A stretch of 64,000 bases of DNA, taken from Octopus vulgaris (Eukaryota). Position 1 is the stretch's first letter. Each line of letters begins with the position of its first letter. Where the stretch lies: assembly GCA_951406725.2 (NCBI GenBank), contig OX597819.1, positions 117,180,001-117,244,000 of the forward strand. Direction: 5' to 3'. The notes beneath the pieces were generated by a model, which did not search any database, had not been told where the DNA came from, and worked only from the letters and a program-made list of their open reading frames with translations. Of the stretch, positions 39,430-52,740 are shown one piece after another. Made by a program: the position numbers and the translations under genes.

Positions 39430-40015
39430 AAGATAAAAGTACAACGTTACCAGCTACAGTTGTGTTTGTACACTTATAGATTACGTTCTGGATTAAACAT
39501 GGGCCTAATAACGGCCTTTATGTAATTGCAACTAGGGGAATTAATACTATTAATATTATTGATAATTATACCACAATTATCATTAATATTACTATTAATA
39601 TTAATCCTTCTACTACTACTGTAGTATCTTTCACATCATTCCCAGCATCATCAGGTATATCAGTGGTCCCTGTGCGGCTATGGACATCAGAGCTACAATC
39701 TATATTGTATATATTAGATGCACTATTACCGCTGTTTCTATTTTCTATGTCACCATTAATATTTTTATTCATATTGAAGGGGTTTAATTTAGTCTTGGCT
39801 TTAACATTATTATTATTACTACCACTTACTAATTGCATATGCTTTCTGTTTAACCTTGCTGTGGTGGTACCCATATTGGGGAAAGTAGAGTATGAGATTC
39901 TAACTGTCTTTCGGGGGAAAAAATTCTGTTATATCTATGGTTAGCAGGGAAGGGTTTTTTTCTTTCTAAAATTGTCATAAATTTCTATATATGATTATGG
40001 ATATGGAGCAATTAA
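39430..40015 (-). mobile_element. Penelope-like element fragment (RT-EN linker and start of GIY-YIG)
   Basis: FPANHRYNRIF..KTVRISYSTFPNM..ARLNRK, an Asn-rich spacer, then GPCLIQNVIYKC. Confidence 0.75.
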
Positions 40016-40354
40016 TCATATATAGGAAATAGACACTTGCTGAAGTTTCCAGCCAGTGGGACTGAACCGGTGAACCACGTGATTGTGTAGCAATCTTCTA
40101 ACCATACAGGAAAGCCTGCGCCTGGCCAGGAATAATGCTTAAAATGTGAGTCATGCAAAACCAGCCTCATGCTGTAGTTCGCATTTCAATATCTTTATAT
40201 GAACGAATTCATATCAACATACTTGCAAACCGAATAGAACAGAGGCGTGTGCTAAACGAAGTATGGTAGAAAATCAAGAGTGGGGAGGGCGTGGAGGCAA
40301 ATAACTTATGTATAGGCAGATAATTTGATACACACTGATAAATATAATACACAT

Positions 40355-40356
40355 GT

Positions 40357-40437
<81 letters not shown>

Positions 40438-40459
40438 TATATACACATACGTATATATA

Positions 40460-40525
<66 letters not shown>

Positions 40526-40582
40526 TATATATATATTCACACAGACATAGACACAGACACACACACATATATATATATGAAG

Positions 40583-40649
<67 letters not shown>

Positions 40650-40692
40650 TACACATACATATATATGTATATATGTATATATATATATATAT
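40355..40692. repeat. Compound (CA)/(TA)/(GA) microsatellite
   Basis: Directly visible. Confidence 0.95.
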
Positions 40693-41233
40693 GCAAAAGC
40701 AGACAGAAAAACAGCAGAAGTGAAGGGAAATCTAATGATGTTTATAATGTTCGTATATGTAATTTTAATGACACAAAATTATACTATAGATACACCGGAT
40801 TCCTGCGTATGTTTTGATCTTCCCAAAACGTCTGTCATTACCCTCGACATATTTTTCAATATATATACTATCAACCATATCTACAGTCTCGGAAGTATGT
40901 AAAGATACCTTGTATTTGTCTCTCCTATAAATACCTAAGACATAATTTGTGAGTTATGTATAATTATCGTTTAAATCATTACTTTCAGAGACATTATATG
41001 ACACTGCTTTGATGAAACATTAAATACCTTTCCTTCAGGATACTATATGCAGTAAGTAGGAAACTAACGTAATGATGTGTTTATAAGTTATGCACACACA
41101 CACACACATATACATATATATACATACATAATCACACAGACATACTTACACACACACTAAAAATTCTCTCACTAAAACACTCGTACTTATATAGAAATAC
41201 ATACACCTAGTACATACATTCACGCACAGTATA

Positions 41234-41302
<69 letters not shown>

Positions 41303-41738
41303 AAATGCGTTTATGTTGACGTGTCTGTATGAATATGTGTGTATGAATTGATGTGTCCGTATGGATTTACATCATAGATGTATATATATATGACGTTTGC
41401 TTCGTGTTGTCAGATGAAAGCAGTCTTACATTCAACAACATTCTGATTTACTTTATTTCATAATTATGCGTTAATATCACTTCTCACACAACGCCATATA
41501 ATTTCATAAAGGGGAAAGTGAATCCTAAAATGAAATAACATACATACATACCTATCTTTGTGCCCCAGGATTTAAGTGGCAAATGTTTGTACAACAATTT
41601 TGCTGGTCTCGGTCGCCACACTAAGTCCCAGGGTCAAGAATTGCATAATGTCTTGCTCAATTGTGACTGCCAGTTTATGTTAGATTATCTTTCTACTAGA
41701 AATGCTGCCGTCCCTGCTGAATTTCAAGAAACTGCATA

Positions 41739-41818
<80 letters not shown>

Positions 41819-41819
41819 C

Positions 41820-41972
41820 TTATTTCAGTTTCCGACTCACAATTAGACTCACATTTCTTTGGTCAGCCTGAGCTATAGTAGAAGACACTTCTCAAGTTGC
41901 CATGCACTGGGGCTGAAACCGGAACCATGTGGTTGAGAAGCAAGCTACTTACCACACAGCCACTCCTGTGCC
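41820..41972 (-). mobile_element. SINE family B 5' part
   Basis: GCTATAGTAGAAGACACTT...GGAACCATGTGGTTG...TACCACACAGCCACTCCTG. A shorter head fragment also occurs at ~40030-40120. Confidence 0.8.
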
Positions 41973-42651
41973 TATATATAAGCTTTACCGAAAGTGATAT
42001 AAGTATGTGCATAGGGTATTTTGTTTATGTTTTAACTGATAATTATCGTTGAAATAGCATTAGACATGTGCATTTGTTCTTAGCGTTACTTATTCGCTGT
42101 AGTTTGCTGTTCTGCTGCACATTGTAACCATTCCATTTGCACCAATATCAATCTAAATTCCCAGATCTCTGTTTGAAAAATTCAAGAGTGTATTTTTGTA
42201 CCCTATGCGTCGCAATTTCTTTCATCATATTTTTTCTCCCCAATCCGAAGACTCATATTTATTAGATGGTAAATAGAAGAATAAAGGAACACTGAAGAGC
42301 CCAATTTAATGATTGTTTAATTTTTTTTTTTTTTTTGCAAAAATCTGTATGCATTCTATTGCTGAGTGTAGGTAATTTTCAGATTGATTTCTCTTAATTT
42401 CTTTGTCTTACTGCGGACTGCTTACTATTCAAATTTCTGTCACGTTCAAGAAAAAAAAAAGAAGAATGAAGTCACTATCATATCCAAAACAATCACCATG
42501 TCGTTCTTGGCACTTGAACATCCTATCCTCTGGAGAGGAGTTGTAAGATCTTTGCAAGGGTTGAATCTTGGTTTTCACGTCGTAATTATACTACTGCATT
42601 TCATCCTTAGTCAACTTATCAGAAAATTAAACGTGTCTTCATTAAATATTT

Positions 42652-42933
42652 TGTGTGGCCGCCCCCAGACGGTGATGTAGGCTAGCCCAATACGTAGATA
42701 GAGAGGGAGAAAGTCTAGACGTCGTCAGAGTCGAGCGTTGAGTAGCAGTGAGAGAGTGAAGTACATTTGAGTAGTAGAGGCATCCGAACGTGTGACATAA
42801 TAGTGGTGACGAGGTTTCGAATAGTACCGAAATGGAAGAGTTACTGAAAGCAGTTGTAAAACAACAAGAGCAGCGTAGCAGTCGGAGAGTAGCAGAGTCG
42901 AGTTGAGTAGTAGAGGCATTCGAACGTGCGACA
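42652..42933 (+). mobile_element. LTR-retrotransposon (Gypsy-like) remnant: short LTR, PBS, gag start, partial second LTR
   Basis: TG...CA (42652-42797), PBS-like TGGTGACGAGG (42804-42814), ATG at 42832 giving MEELLKAVVKQQEQ, then a repeat of the LTR end TTGAGTAGTAGAGGCAT.CGAACGTG.GACA. Confidence 0.6.
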
Positions 42934-43209
42934 TATCAAAATTCAAACGCACCCTCTTCATCAAATGAGATTTCAACACCTTTTTTTCTTTAAATTGTGT
43001 ATCATCAGACAAGTTTATCCTCTTTACCTCGACGCTTTCTCGTCCGCTGTCTTCTGTAAGACATTTCTACTGAGGAATTGTGACTTCGAACCAATAACCT
43101 CTTACATCAAAACCTTTCCATTAATATGTGTACATGGCCCTAGCCATTGGTCTCATCTCTGTAACCTACATGTTGATTTTGGATAGCTTTCTTCTTGAAA
43201 AACCCAATG

Positions 43210-44620
43210 ATAGTATAATACTTTCAAAATTAAGATAAAGTTAATTTTTAATCTAAAATGTAATCCCCTTCATTTTATACAATGCTCTCCCATCTGTCTG
43301 TGAGACTTGCAAGGCCATGTTTCCAAAATTCACTTGCTCGTGACGATAAATACTCCTCCAGTACCGTTCTGACTTTCTCTGCAGAATTCATATTTTTTCC
43401 GTCTAATTGATATTGAAGACTGCGGAATAAATGTAATAAGATGAGGCAATGCCCGGCGAATATGGTGTGTGGGGCATCGTTTCCCATTCATACTACACCA
43501 GCCTATGGAATGTCATCCGCGTTTTATGTTGTTGAGCATTATCCGGATGGAAGAACACTTTTCGTCTTGAAAGCAAAGATGGTCGTTTTTCTTCTAGCGC
43601 TGACCTAAGCCTCTCAAGATGTTCGCAGTAGATCTCCTTTGTTATCGTTGAGTTTGCATTTAAAAATTCAAAGACGACCAAACCATTCATACCACACCAA
43701 ATAGATAATACATATTGCGTGAGCGAAGACATTCTTTAGCCTGGGGTACCGGCGTTTCTCCTTTCCCTTCAAGTGTCTTCAGCACTTGATAATTATATAC
43801 AGATCTCATTTCCCGTCAGCAGTCAATGTTCGGGAGAAAAATGGTTCATTCGTGAGGAGGCATCGAAGAAGAAGTGCAGACATTCACTCTCTGCGCGCGA
43901 TAAGACCCGGGAAGTTTATGAGGAACACGCAGACCCAATTTGCTGACATTTCCGATGACACGCTGATATCGATTACTGGTTGAATGGACAAATCCAAGCT
44001 TCTCTGCTAGTTCCACAACAATGCGATAGGATTTTATCCCACCAGGTTTTGCAGGACGTCTTTGTGGAGCTCTACATATCTTCCAGAATGAGGCTCGTAT
44101 TCTGGAACCATCGTTGTCACTGGATTACTGTTATTGTTCGATCCCATATACTCCACTAATATTCCTCTCACATCCCATCGCGTTGTTGCTTTTGTTGAAC
44201 TCCTAAAGCAAAATATGACGAATATGCTCCGCTGTTACGTTACAACTTTGAAAACATAACTTAAAATTGCCCTGCGCTCTTCAAAACTTGTACTAAGAAT
44301 AACTAAAAGGTACAATTAGAAGGCGACGAGCTGGCAGAAACGTTAGCACGCCGGGCGAAATGCGTAGCCGTATTTCGTCTGTCGTTACGCTGTGAGTTCA
44401 AATTCCGCCGAGGTCGACTTTGCCTTTCATCGTTTCGGGGTCGATAAATTAAGTACCAGTTACGCACTGGGGTCGATGGAATCAACTTAATACCTATGTC
44501 TGTCCTTGTTTGTCCCCTCTATGTTTGGCCCCTTGTGGGTAATAAAGAAATAGGTACAATTAGTACCTGCTTCTATTGAAAGTTGATGCAGGTAGTTTAT
44601 CTCGTCTTATCCCATGACCA
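43210..44620 (-). mobile_element. Degenerate mariner (DD34D) transposon
   Basis: EHIRHILL.EF N-terminus, LSIWC..NGLVVFEFL..TITKEIYCEHLERL, FHPDNA..H, HTPYSP.IA..YLHLFRSLQ, LTDRWESIV. Interrupted by the SINE at 44320-44551. Confidence 0.9.
44320..44551 (+). mobile_element. tRNA-derived SINE family A inserted in the mariner 5'UTR
   Basis: TSD AGGTACAATTAG at 44308-44319 and 44552-44563. Confidence 0.95.
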
Positions 44621-45879
44621 TATCTATTGTACCACCACTCTCTCCCTTTCATTATCTGTCTCACACTCTCTATGTATTTGTGTGAGTGGGTGTATGTGTG
44701 TATGTGTTACATACTTGGCATATATATATATATATATATACACCATATCGGTTGTTTATCAGAAGAACTGAGTTAACCCACACTACCTTCCAAGTTTTAG
44801 ATACTCACAAGCATATTGTTATATTAGTATTGTATTTTAGTTACGAAATCCTTTATTTGATTCATGTGTATAAACATATATTCATCTTTTCATGTGTATG
44901 AAGATATATTTACATTTTCTCTAACATTATAAAGAACTGTATGCAAAAACTTGTGTCGATATTAAAGAAATGTATATGAATATGTTCACATATATTGTCC
45001 TCCTCTCATTATATATACATGCACACACATACATGTTCGCTCCATCCCTGGCATTTGATGCGCATAAATCGACAAAATATCACACCTCTATTATTTCCTC
45101 TCAACAAGTGACCGCTGGTCATATATCTTTTTCTCTGAGCGTTTTAACATCAATTTCCTATATCATCTTCCATTCCTCTTTTTCCAGGAAGTTAGAAATA
45201 TATATGATAATGTATTATAATGTAGTGTTGACCAAAACGCAGCATTCTAAACATTTCTCTCAGAGCAGATAAAAGTAACCTTCGGTTTCCATTAAGTTTT
45301 ATTTTTCTATACTTCGGAAAACATCGATTTTTTTAACAAGGGCTTACTTGATCTGATCCGGCACATTCTTTGATCCAACACATCCTGTTTTATTTCTTTA
45401 CAAATATTTAAATTCGTCAAAATGTTTCGTTTCTATTGCTTTTATTATCTTCTTTCTTTATTTTTAATGTTTAGCTGAAAATTTAGCATTTATTTCCATT
45501 TCATATTTTCTTGTTGTTCTGTCGTTAACTGCATCATTTTCTGCATCATGTCCTGTTAAATCAATATGATCGGTAAAATAGCGATTATATATTTATCTGC
45601 AAAGCACTTAATGGAATGTATTTCGTAGATAAATGCCCTACGAAGGATTCAGCTAAACATCGTTATCTATTCTACAATAACACTCATAATTCTGAAGGAC
45701 TCCTGTTAAGCTACTTCAACATTAAATTTATTTTTGCGTCAAAACGAAGAAAAATCAATTAATTGTTGTGTTAATATAAACTTTCTATTGGTATGCTTAT
45801 GTTATGAATATATATTTGAAATTTATCTATCTACATACACGTACTCACAGACCTAAACACACATACACCTACACACACA

Positions 45880-46680
45880 TATTGGATCATCCCATAAATA
45901 ATGAGATTTTTTTCATTTTCATTAAATAAAAGTCGGAGGGGGACGGGTTAACATACCTGCATGAACTTGCTATAAAAGCAGGTACAAATTCTACCTTGTC
46001 CTTATACTTAGTGCAAGTTCTGAAGATTGCAGTTCATTTTAAAAGTTATTTTTTCAAAGCTATAAGGGAAGTTGCAAAGGGCATAATCGATATATTTTGC
46101 TTTATGAATTCAATAAAGGCAACAAGGCAAATAAAAGTTCAAGGAATATCAATGCAATATATGGGGATCGATCAATAAGCGTACGCCAGTGTCAACAAAG
46201 TTTCCGAGCCGGAATATACAGACTAAAAGACGAGCCTCGTCCTAGAAGATCTGTAGAGCTCGATACAAATCCTGGTGGGACAAAATCTCATAGTAACTGT
46301 TGATGAAGTAGCAGAAAAACTTAGATTTGATCATTCAACCAGTCATTCAAGTCAGCGCTGGCGGAAAAAACTACCATCTTTGGTTTCAAGACGAAAGGTG
46401 TTCTATCAGGATATTGCTTAGCCGCATACAACACGGATGATATTACAAGGCCGGAGCTGTTTGAATGATAAATGATGCCCCACCCAGCATAGTTGCCTGA
46501 CATTGCCCATCTCATTATAATTTATTCCAGTCTTCCAAATATTTTGGAAGGAAAAAGATAAATTCTGTTGACAAGATCAGAACTATACTAGAGAGGTACT
46601 TTTCATCAGAGAAATTTGGAAGAGGGGTTCTGCATCTGTACCAGATAGATGGCAGTTCAATGTCGAAAATGAAGTAGAGC
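45880..46680 (+). mobile_element. Internally deleted mariner, same family as 43210-44620
   Basis: TIR-like TATTGGATCATCCCATAAATAATG; LLYEFNKGNKA..RNINAIYGDRSISVRQCQ..FRAG..LKDEPRPRR; C-terminal PHPA..PDIA. Confidence 0.85.
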
Positions 46681-46699
46681 TATTAAAAATATTGTTCAA

Positions 46700-46820
46700 C
46701 GTTGAGAAGTTGTAAACACCAAGGGTGAATACATTATTGATTAATTAGTTGTTATTTTTTATTAAACCTTTTAAAAAATTAAAATTTAAAAAACACGCAG
46801 GAACTTTTTTGCTAACCCAA
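46700..46820 (+). mobile_element. 3' end and TIR of another mariner family
   Basis: VVNTKGEYIID* followed by GAACTTTTTTGCTAACCCAA. Confidence 0.6.
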
Positions 46821-49419
46821 ATCATTAAATGTATATTTAAATATGTATCTTGGAAGATTGTTTTTGATTTTTGATAAACATATTTTTGGCAGCCATGTTA
46901 CAGTGCTCTTTTATAAAATACTTAAAAATATATTATGCACTTGCACCATAACTTTCAAGCATAACTTAGATACACATGAGACTTATGAAACAAATATTAC
47001 ATAGATTCCCCTGGACGTCCAATTTTGACCATTTCTTTCAAATTTAAAAGCTTTTGTTCTCACAAAAATGGATTTAGAGCCCTAACACTTTGTATACATC
47101 ATTTTTCATCTACTGGTACCATAAAAGACAATGTTGCAGTACCAAAAAAAATTGAGCCTTAAATCAGGAGGACAAAACACACGAACACGCGCACGCACGC
47201 ATACATGCACACACGAACACAAACACATCTTTATTCCAAGAACTTTTAGCGAAACAAACAAATAGTGGGATTTCTAAGTAATTACTATTTTCATATTCAA
47301 CAGCTGAATGAAAGCATTTAAATTTCTTTCCCAGTACAGTTCAATTCACAGTATGTATTTAATTTGGAGATTTTGAATTATTCGATAATCTCCAATAAGT
47401 TAAAATGCAGTTGTGTGTGTAAGTTTTACTGCATAGTTATTAAAAATAGTTCGTTATTACTCAGTAGTGGGAAGATTGTCTTGAGTACCCCAAGGATAAT
47501 ACCTGGTATGTTAAGGCCTGTGAGCCTTCAATATTTATGTCTAAATCTTAACTATTCAGTTTGGGCGTGGCGTTTAATGGCTGTTGCATATCCATAATGT
47601 ATATTTGTCACTAAGTTTCCATTTCACTTCAAAACTGCTATACATATCCTTATGGAATATATGTTGTTACCAGAGAGCTGTGCACTATACTCGTAGGATG
47701 TTCAAGCACTTGAAACTTGGAAATGATATCAGCTGACAGCATTTAGCCTGCCTGTTCGATTATTGTAATCTTGCTACGTGTTCTCTAGTATAAATTTGAA
47801 CCAGCAACAACAAATGCATTCCTATTCAAATAGGTATATAAACGTGTACTATCTTCAACAGCAGAATTACAAACAGGATTACATGAGAATTTCGAAGTTT
47901 ATATACATCGTAGTGTGGGAACAATTGATATACGGATATATATGCGCAAGATCAAGATCATAATGCATCCAGTGCAAGAATGCTGAAGACATGGACGTTA
48001 TCATTGCTTTCAGAATTAATTCAAAACTCATTTAATGTAATAAACTTGGATATAATTATAGAAATACATTCGCCATATTTATGATGAATATATCAAATTT
48101 TATGTGAAGGGACGAACTTGTCATCACAATTAAACTGGAAAACGGCAAAGAGAAGTATATCAATATTTTATGCTTTATATATACTTATTATATGAAACCA
48201 ATTTTATACGAATTAGTGGAAGTATCAAGTACAAAATTATATTCGATTTGTAACTGTAAAACTATTTTACGAGAACGTGCGAATAACCAAAATTAATAAA
48301 ACTCATTCTCTATTGGCTCAACGTTGATTGCATTTATTCGTATTGGTGTTTGTTAGGATGATATCCTTGGGCAATGCCTAAGATAAAACGATAATTTTTA
48401 GGCATATTTTTCGCTTTTCTTCTAGAATTATTTGTTCTTTATTATTTCAAGTTTAATAGCCTGAAATTCTAACTGAAAATAATGTAATAATATGCAAACA
48501 TCACCATTTCCTCTCCTAATATTTTCTCAGACGCTTTCTCTGATACACGTACAGATTCCATCGAATGAGATATTGCGCAATTAAGTGAAATTTTAATTAA
48601 CAAGTTTTATACTCACACAGTCTGAACAACTCAAAGAAATTTACGCATTCATTAGCATTAGTTTTTAATTAGCAACATTTCAAGCACCAAATGAACAGTT
48701 TCTTGCAGTATAACATGTCCGACTCCCACAGTGAAATACTTCCGTCATATGTTTATACGCAGTATCACGTTTGTTTGGTGTGTCTTTAAAGTCGTCTACC
48801 GTTATATCATTAATCACTTTACGTAGTTTCAAATAACCATGATTTGTTTTTCTTTTCTGTTCATATTTAATCAATCAGAGAAAAGCATGTTGTTTTCTTG
48901 ACGCAAACGCAACAAGTAACTAATAATTCCGTATTGCTTTAGTGAAAATGTCATGTTAGTAGTGTAAATTTACTTCATTGGTAACAAAATATAGGAAGTG
49001 GCCTGTGAAACTGGTTTTAATCGATGATAATATTCTTTTTCTGTAATATTATAGATTTCATTCTGCAGGTGAAGGATTTTATTTCAACTGGATTTCAGCA
49101 AGGGAGGATGATAAAGATCATATCTCTTTTTTTATCTGACTGCAGAACGTAATGGGAATAAAATAAATATACTTTTTAATCCATCTCTTCTGAGGTTTGT
49201 ACATTTTTACAACTTTGTGTAAAGTGTTACATCCACATGAAATATGACGAAGAGAAAATTATAACAATTAATGAAATAATTTCACATATTTTTAGAAATG
49301 GGTTGCTAGAGAGGCTTCAGGCGAGTTTAGAACCACATCGCAGATTCTTGAGTTTAGATACACTGGTTAATTATATTCCCATGAGAGGCATCGTGTTAAG
49401 TACAAATGTCATTTAAAAA

Positions 49420-51860
49420 CATAATAATGAAATTATTGAATACAATGCTCAGGTGCACCACAACATGTCAAAAGCGCCTAGAAAGCATATGCAGTAATGT
49501 ACAAATGTCTGGGAAGTGAACAGTGTATGAGTCAGATACATGCTTGCGTGCGTATGGAGGGTAAAAATCAGGTGTAGTGTTGGCGAATTTCAGCAAGCAT
49601 GGAAGTTTTGAAGGATGAAGTGATCCGACAACTAACAACTGATGCCGGCTGTCTGTTCCATGATTCCGCAACTCTTGGCGTGAAAATATGTTTCCGGACG
49701 TCGTGAAAGCTGTGCTGTTTTCTGACTTTGTAAACATTTCCACGGGTGTTAGACAGGTGGAGTTTGAAAAGGTGCTCAGAGTTATTGTTAATAAGATGGT
49801 TAATAATTTTATGGGTGTCTACCAAGTCAGCTCCCAGACGTCGCAGTTTCAATGTATCCATGTCCAGGGAAGTAAGGCGTTCAGAATATAGCAAATGTCT
49901 GATGGAGGGGATTCTCTTGATTGCACGTCGCTGAACGTTTTCCAGACGATTAATATCCTGGGCAAGATAGGGGTTCCAGACTGGTGATGCAAATTCGAGG
50001 CGAGGCCGCACCATAGCTATATAAAGCCGCAGATAGATAACCGGAGAGCGACTCACAAAGACCTTGGTAAGTGATGCCAAGACATCCTCAGCCTTCTTGG
50101 CAATTTTAGAAATGTGTTTTGTCCAACGCAAATCGCTGTCAGCAATAATGCCCATGTTATGTTCACAAGAATAATTTTTGAGATTAGTGTTGTGGAGGGA
50201 GTAGGTAAACGCTGGGCTCTTCCTCCCAAATTGCATGGTGGTACATTTGTCCACAGCCAGCTTGAGTTGCCAGTCCATGATTCACTGCTGCATTGTGTCC
50301 AGGTCTGATTGCAATAGAGATCTATAGTGTACAAGATCTGCCCTCTTTATTTCGAGATACAGCTTGATGTCATCTGCATATTTCAGCACTGTGGCATTCT
50401 TTAAGTTGGCATCTATGTCATTAACATATGCAACAAATAAAAGGGGGCCAAGAACGGATCCCTATGGTACACCAGATGTCATCTCATAGGGTGAAGAATA
50501 CTGTCCTAGAACTGTGACAACCTCTTTTCGGCCGATAATGAAGGACTTCAACCAGTTATAGAGATCATCTCTTACACTGATTACAAAGAGTTTCACCATA
50601 AGTCTTTTGTGTTAGAGGTGATGGAACATTTTGATCTTCGACAGTAAATATGCCTGCATAGCATCCATCAATGATTTCTGCACATTCTTTGGGATTGTCA
50701 ATAATATACCCTGAGTGGGGATTGCGAAGGGAGCCAACTAGAGAGTGAGGTCTCTGCTTTGAATGTACAAACTTCCAGAAAACTTTGCTGTCAGGGATGG
50801 TTGCTATGCGCTGTTCGAATTCAAGCACTGCCTTTTTTGTCACCTGCTTGAAATGGTTGGTTGATCTATTGCGCTTTTTCCTGTTGCTCTCTAATTTGTG
50901 CATTTTGCATACCTGTTCAGCATTACGGCGTTCTTTCCTGGCAAGTCGAAATGCTGCAGTCTCCCAAATTGCACTATTGGGTGTTGTTTTGTGCTTGCAT
51001 GGTACCGATGCTGCACATACCGTCTATATTGAATTCAGAACGTTCTGAAGTATAGTGTTCACATCTCCAGAGGCATAAACTTCAAACCAGTTTGGGCGTC
51101 GCAGCTCGGTACAATAAGAGCTCCAGTCTGCTTTATTCTAGTCAAAGCGGGCAGTTTGAAGATGGTTGCGATTTTTGTTACAACCAATCATAGACAAGTC
51201 GGCCATGACCATGGAATGATCAGAGTCACCTAATGGTTCTTCAGTAGTGACACTAATAATTGTTTCAAGAGAAGGGGTAAATAGCAGATCCAAAGTGTTG
51301 TTACCCCTTGTAGGGGAGGTAACTACTTGGGACCAATTTGAATTCAGTACCAGTTCAAGGAAATCGTCTGCACATTGCGGTCAACGGAAGTAATCCCAGT
51401 AAATCTCAGGGAAATTGAAGTCCCCCGCAATATACACATAAGTGGCTGTTTTCATGGTAGCAACTCTGAGGATATCAAAATGTTGAGCGTCTTGATGATA
51501 ATTTTTGGGGCGGTGAATAACTTCAAGTACAAGTATTGACATTCTCATGTGTATATTGCAGAAAAATACTTCCTGATCAAATCATCACATGGAATTACCG
51601 ATAGATTTGAACGGACGTAGACCATCACGCCCCTATCACGGCGATTAATGCGGTCTTTGCGGAACAGGTTGTAGCCGGCTATGCTGAAAACCCCATCACA
51701 GAGTGCAGAATGTGCCCATGTTTCCGTGACTGTAATGAAATCTGTGTCGATACTTTTGACGCTAGAGTCAAAAAGATGTACCTTGCTGCATAAACTACGG
51801 GCATTTAAGGACAACAGTTTGTATCTGGATTTCAGACGACGATGATATACAGGGGATGGC
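49420..51860 (-). pseudogene. Degenerate CR1-like LINE ORF2 (APE endonuclease + RT) with an internal RT deletion
   Basis: SLNARSL, ITVTETW, YNLFRKDR, AGDFNFP, PTRGNNTLDL, LGDSDH (APE). SGVP*GSVLGPLLF, KYADDIK, MVRPRLEFASPVWNPY, LENVQRRA (RT and C-terminus). RT domains 0-3 are missing near 50560-50600. Confidence 0.93.
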
Positions 51861-52229
51861 TGATTGTTCTTTTGTAGTTCCCCATTATTTTTGTATTGCT
51901 AAAAAGACTTGGTTTACGTAGAATCTAAGAAATTAGGTAGAATATACTTTCTTTGTAATATGAAATGCAATAAATTAGCTAATGTGCAGCAAGATTTGCT
52001 ATGAAACTTAAAGTATGTCCTTCTCCTCCTCATAAAATGATATTATTGTCTTGAGTTCTTTTCCATTTGTGTAAGCGTATAACTTTTACTTCTATAAATT
52101 ACGTATTTTAACAGATGTTCAATTAAAATAACATACACAAGCTGCACCAATATGAAGAACATTACAACTCATTATAATTCCAAAAAGACCACTCAGTTGT
52201 AACTCTCGCGACCCTGAAAGATGACAACC

Positions 52230-52740
52230 TGACCAGGCGTACATGATAACCTCCGTATTACGCGATGTGGGGGTTACGTTTACCCTTCAAGATACATCAA
52301 TTAAAAAGGAGAATTACATATGGTTATGTGATGGTTAATTTCAGAGACCTTATTCAGATCAACTATTTGCCTTCCGGCAAAACGATAAAAGTAATGCAAT
52401 TAATTTGGCTAGCCACGATTGTTTTGAAGAGCTGCTCCCCACCACATACAATTAAGTGGAGAATAGTGGAGAAATGCAAGGCGTATTTGCAGCTAAAAGA
52501 TCTCATAGGCTTCTTAGATCCAGTAATTCCGCCACACTGCTTAATTCCAGATTTGAAATTTAGCAGGTGTGAACACATGGACAAGTTTCTTTTATCGAAG
52601 TGGAAGGAACCACCCGCTTCGGACGGAGTTGCTGTCTCGCAGCCTTTGGGATATTTTCTACTATTTTCCTCTCTAGCAGTTGCACTTAATGACTTCTCTG
52701 TAATCAGAGATGATGAGAATCTCAAACCTCTTGATTTTGT
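52230..52740 (+). mobile_element. Penelope-like element 3' end (GIY-YIG C-terminus) with a degenerate HHR in the 3' region
   Basis: ENYIWLCDG, FRQNDKSNAINLASH, PHTIKWRIVEKCKAY, LLNSRFEI.SRCEHMDKFLL. 52702-52735 reads AAUCAGAG-AUGAUGA-gaaucuc-AAAC-CUCUUGAUU. Confidence 0.75.

Noticed and set aside
39615-39660. Minus-strand CTGATGA...GAAA
   Set aside because: No stem II or stem I; it lies inside the PLE low-complexity linker and is likely chance.
42803-42836. GTGACGAGGT...ACCGAAA resembles a hammerhead core
   Set aside because: C3 is missing and there is no stem I, stem III or NUH. It is better explained as an LTR primer-binding site.
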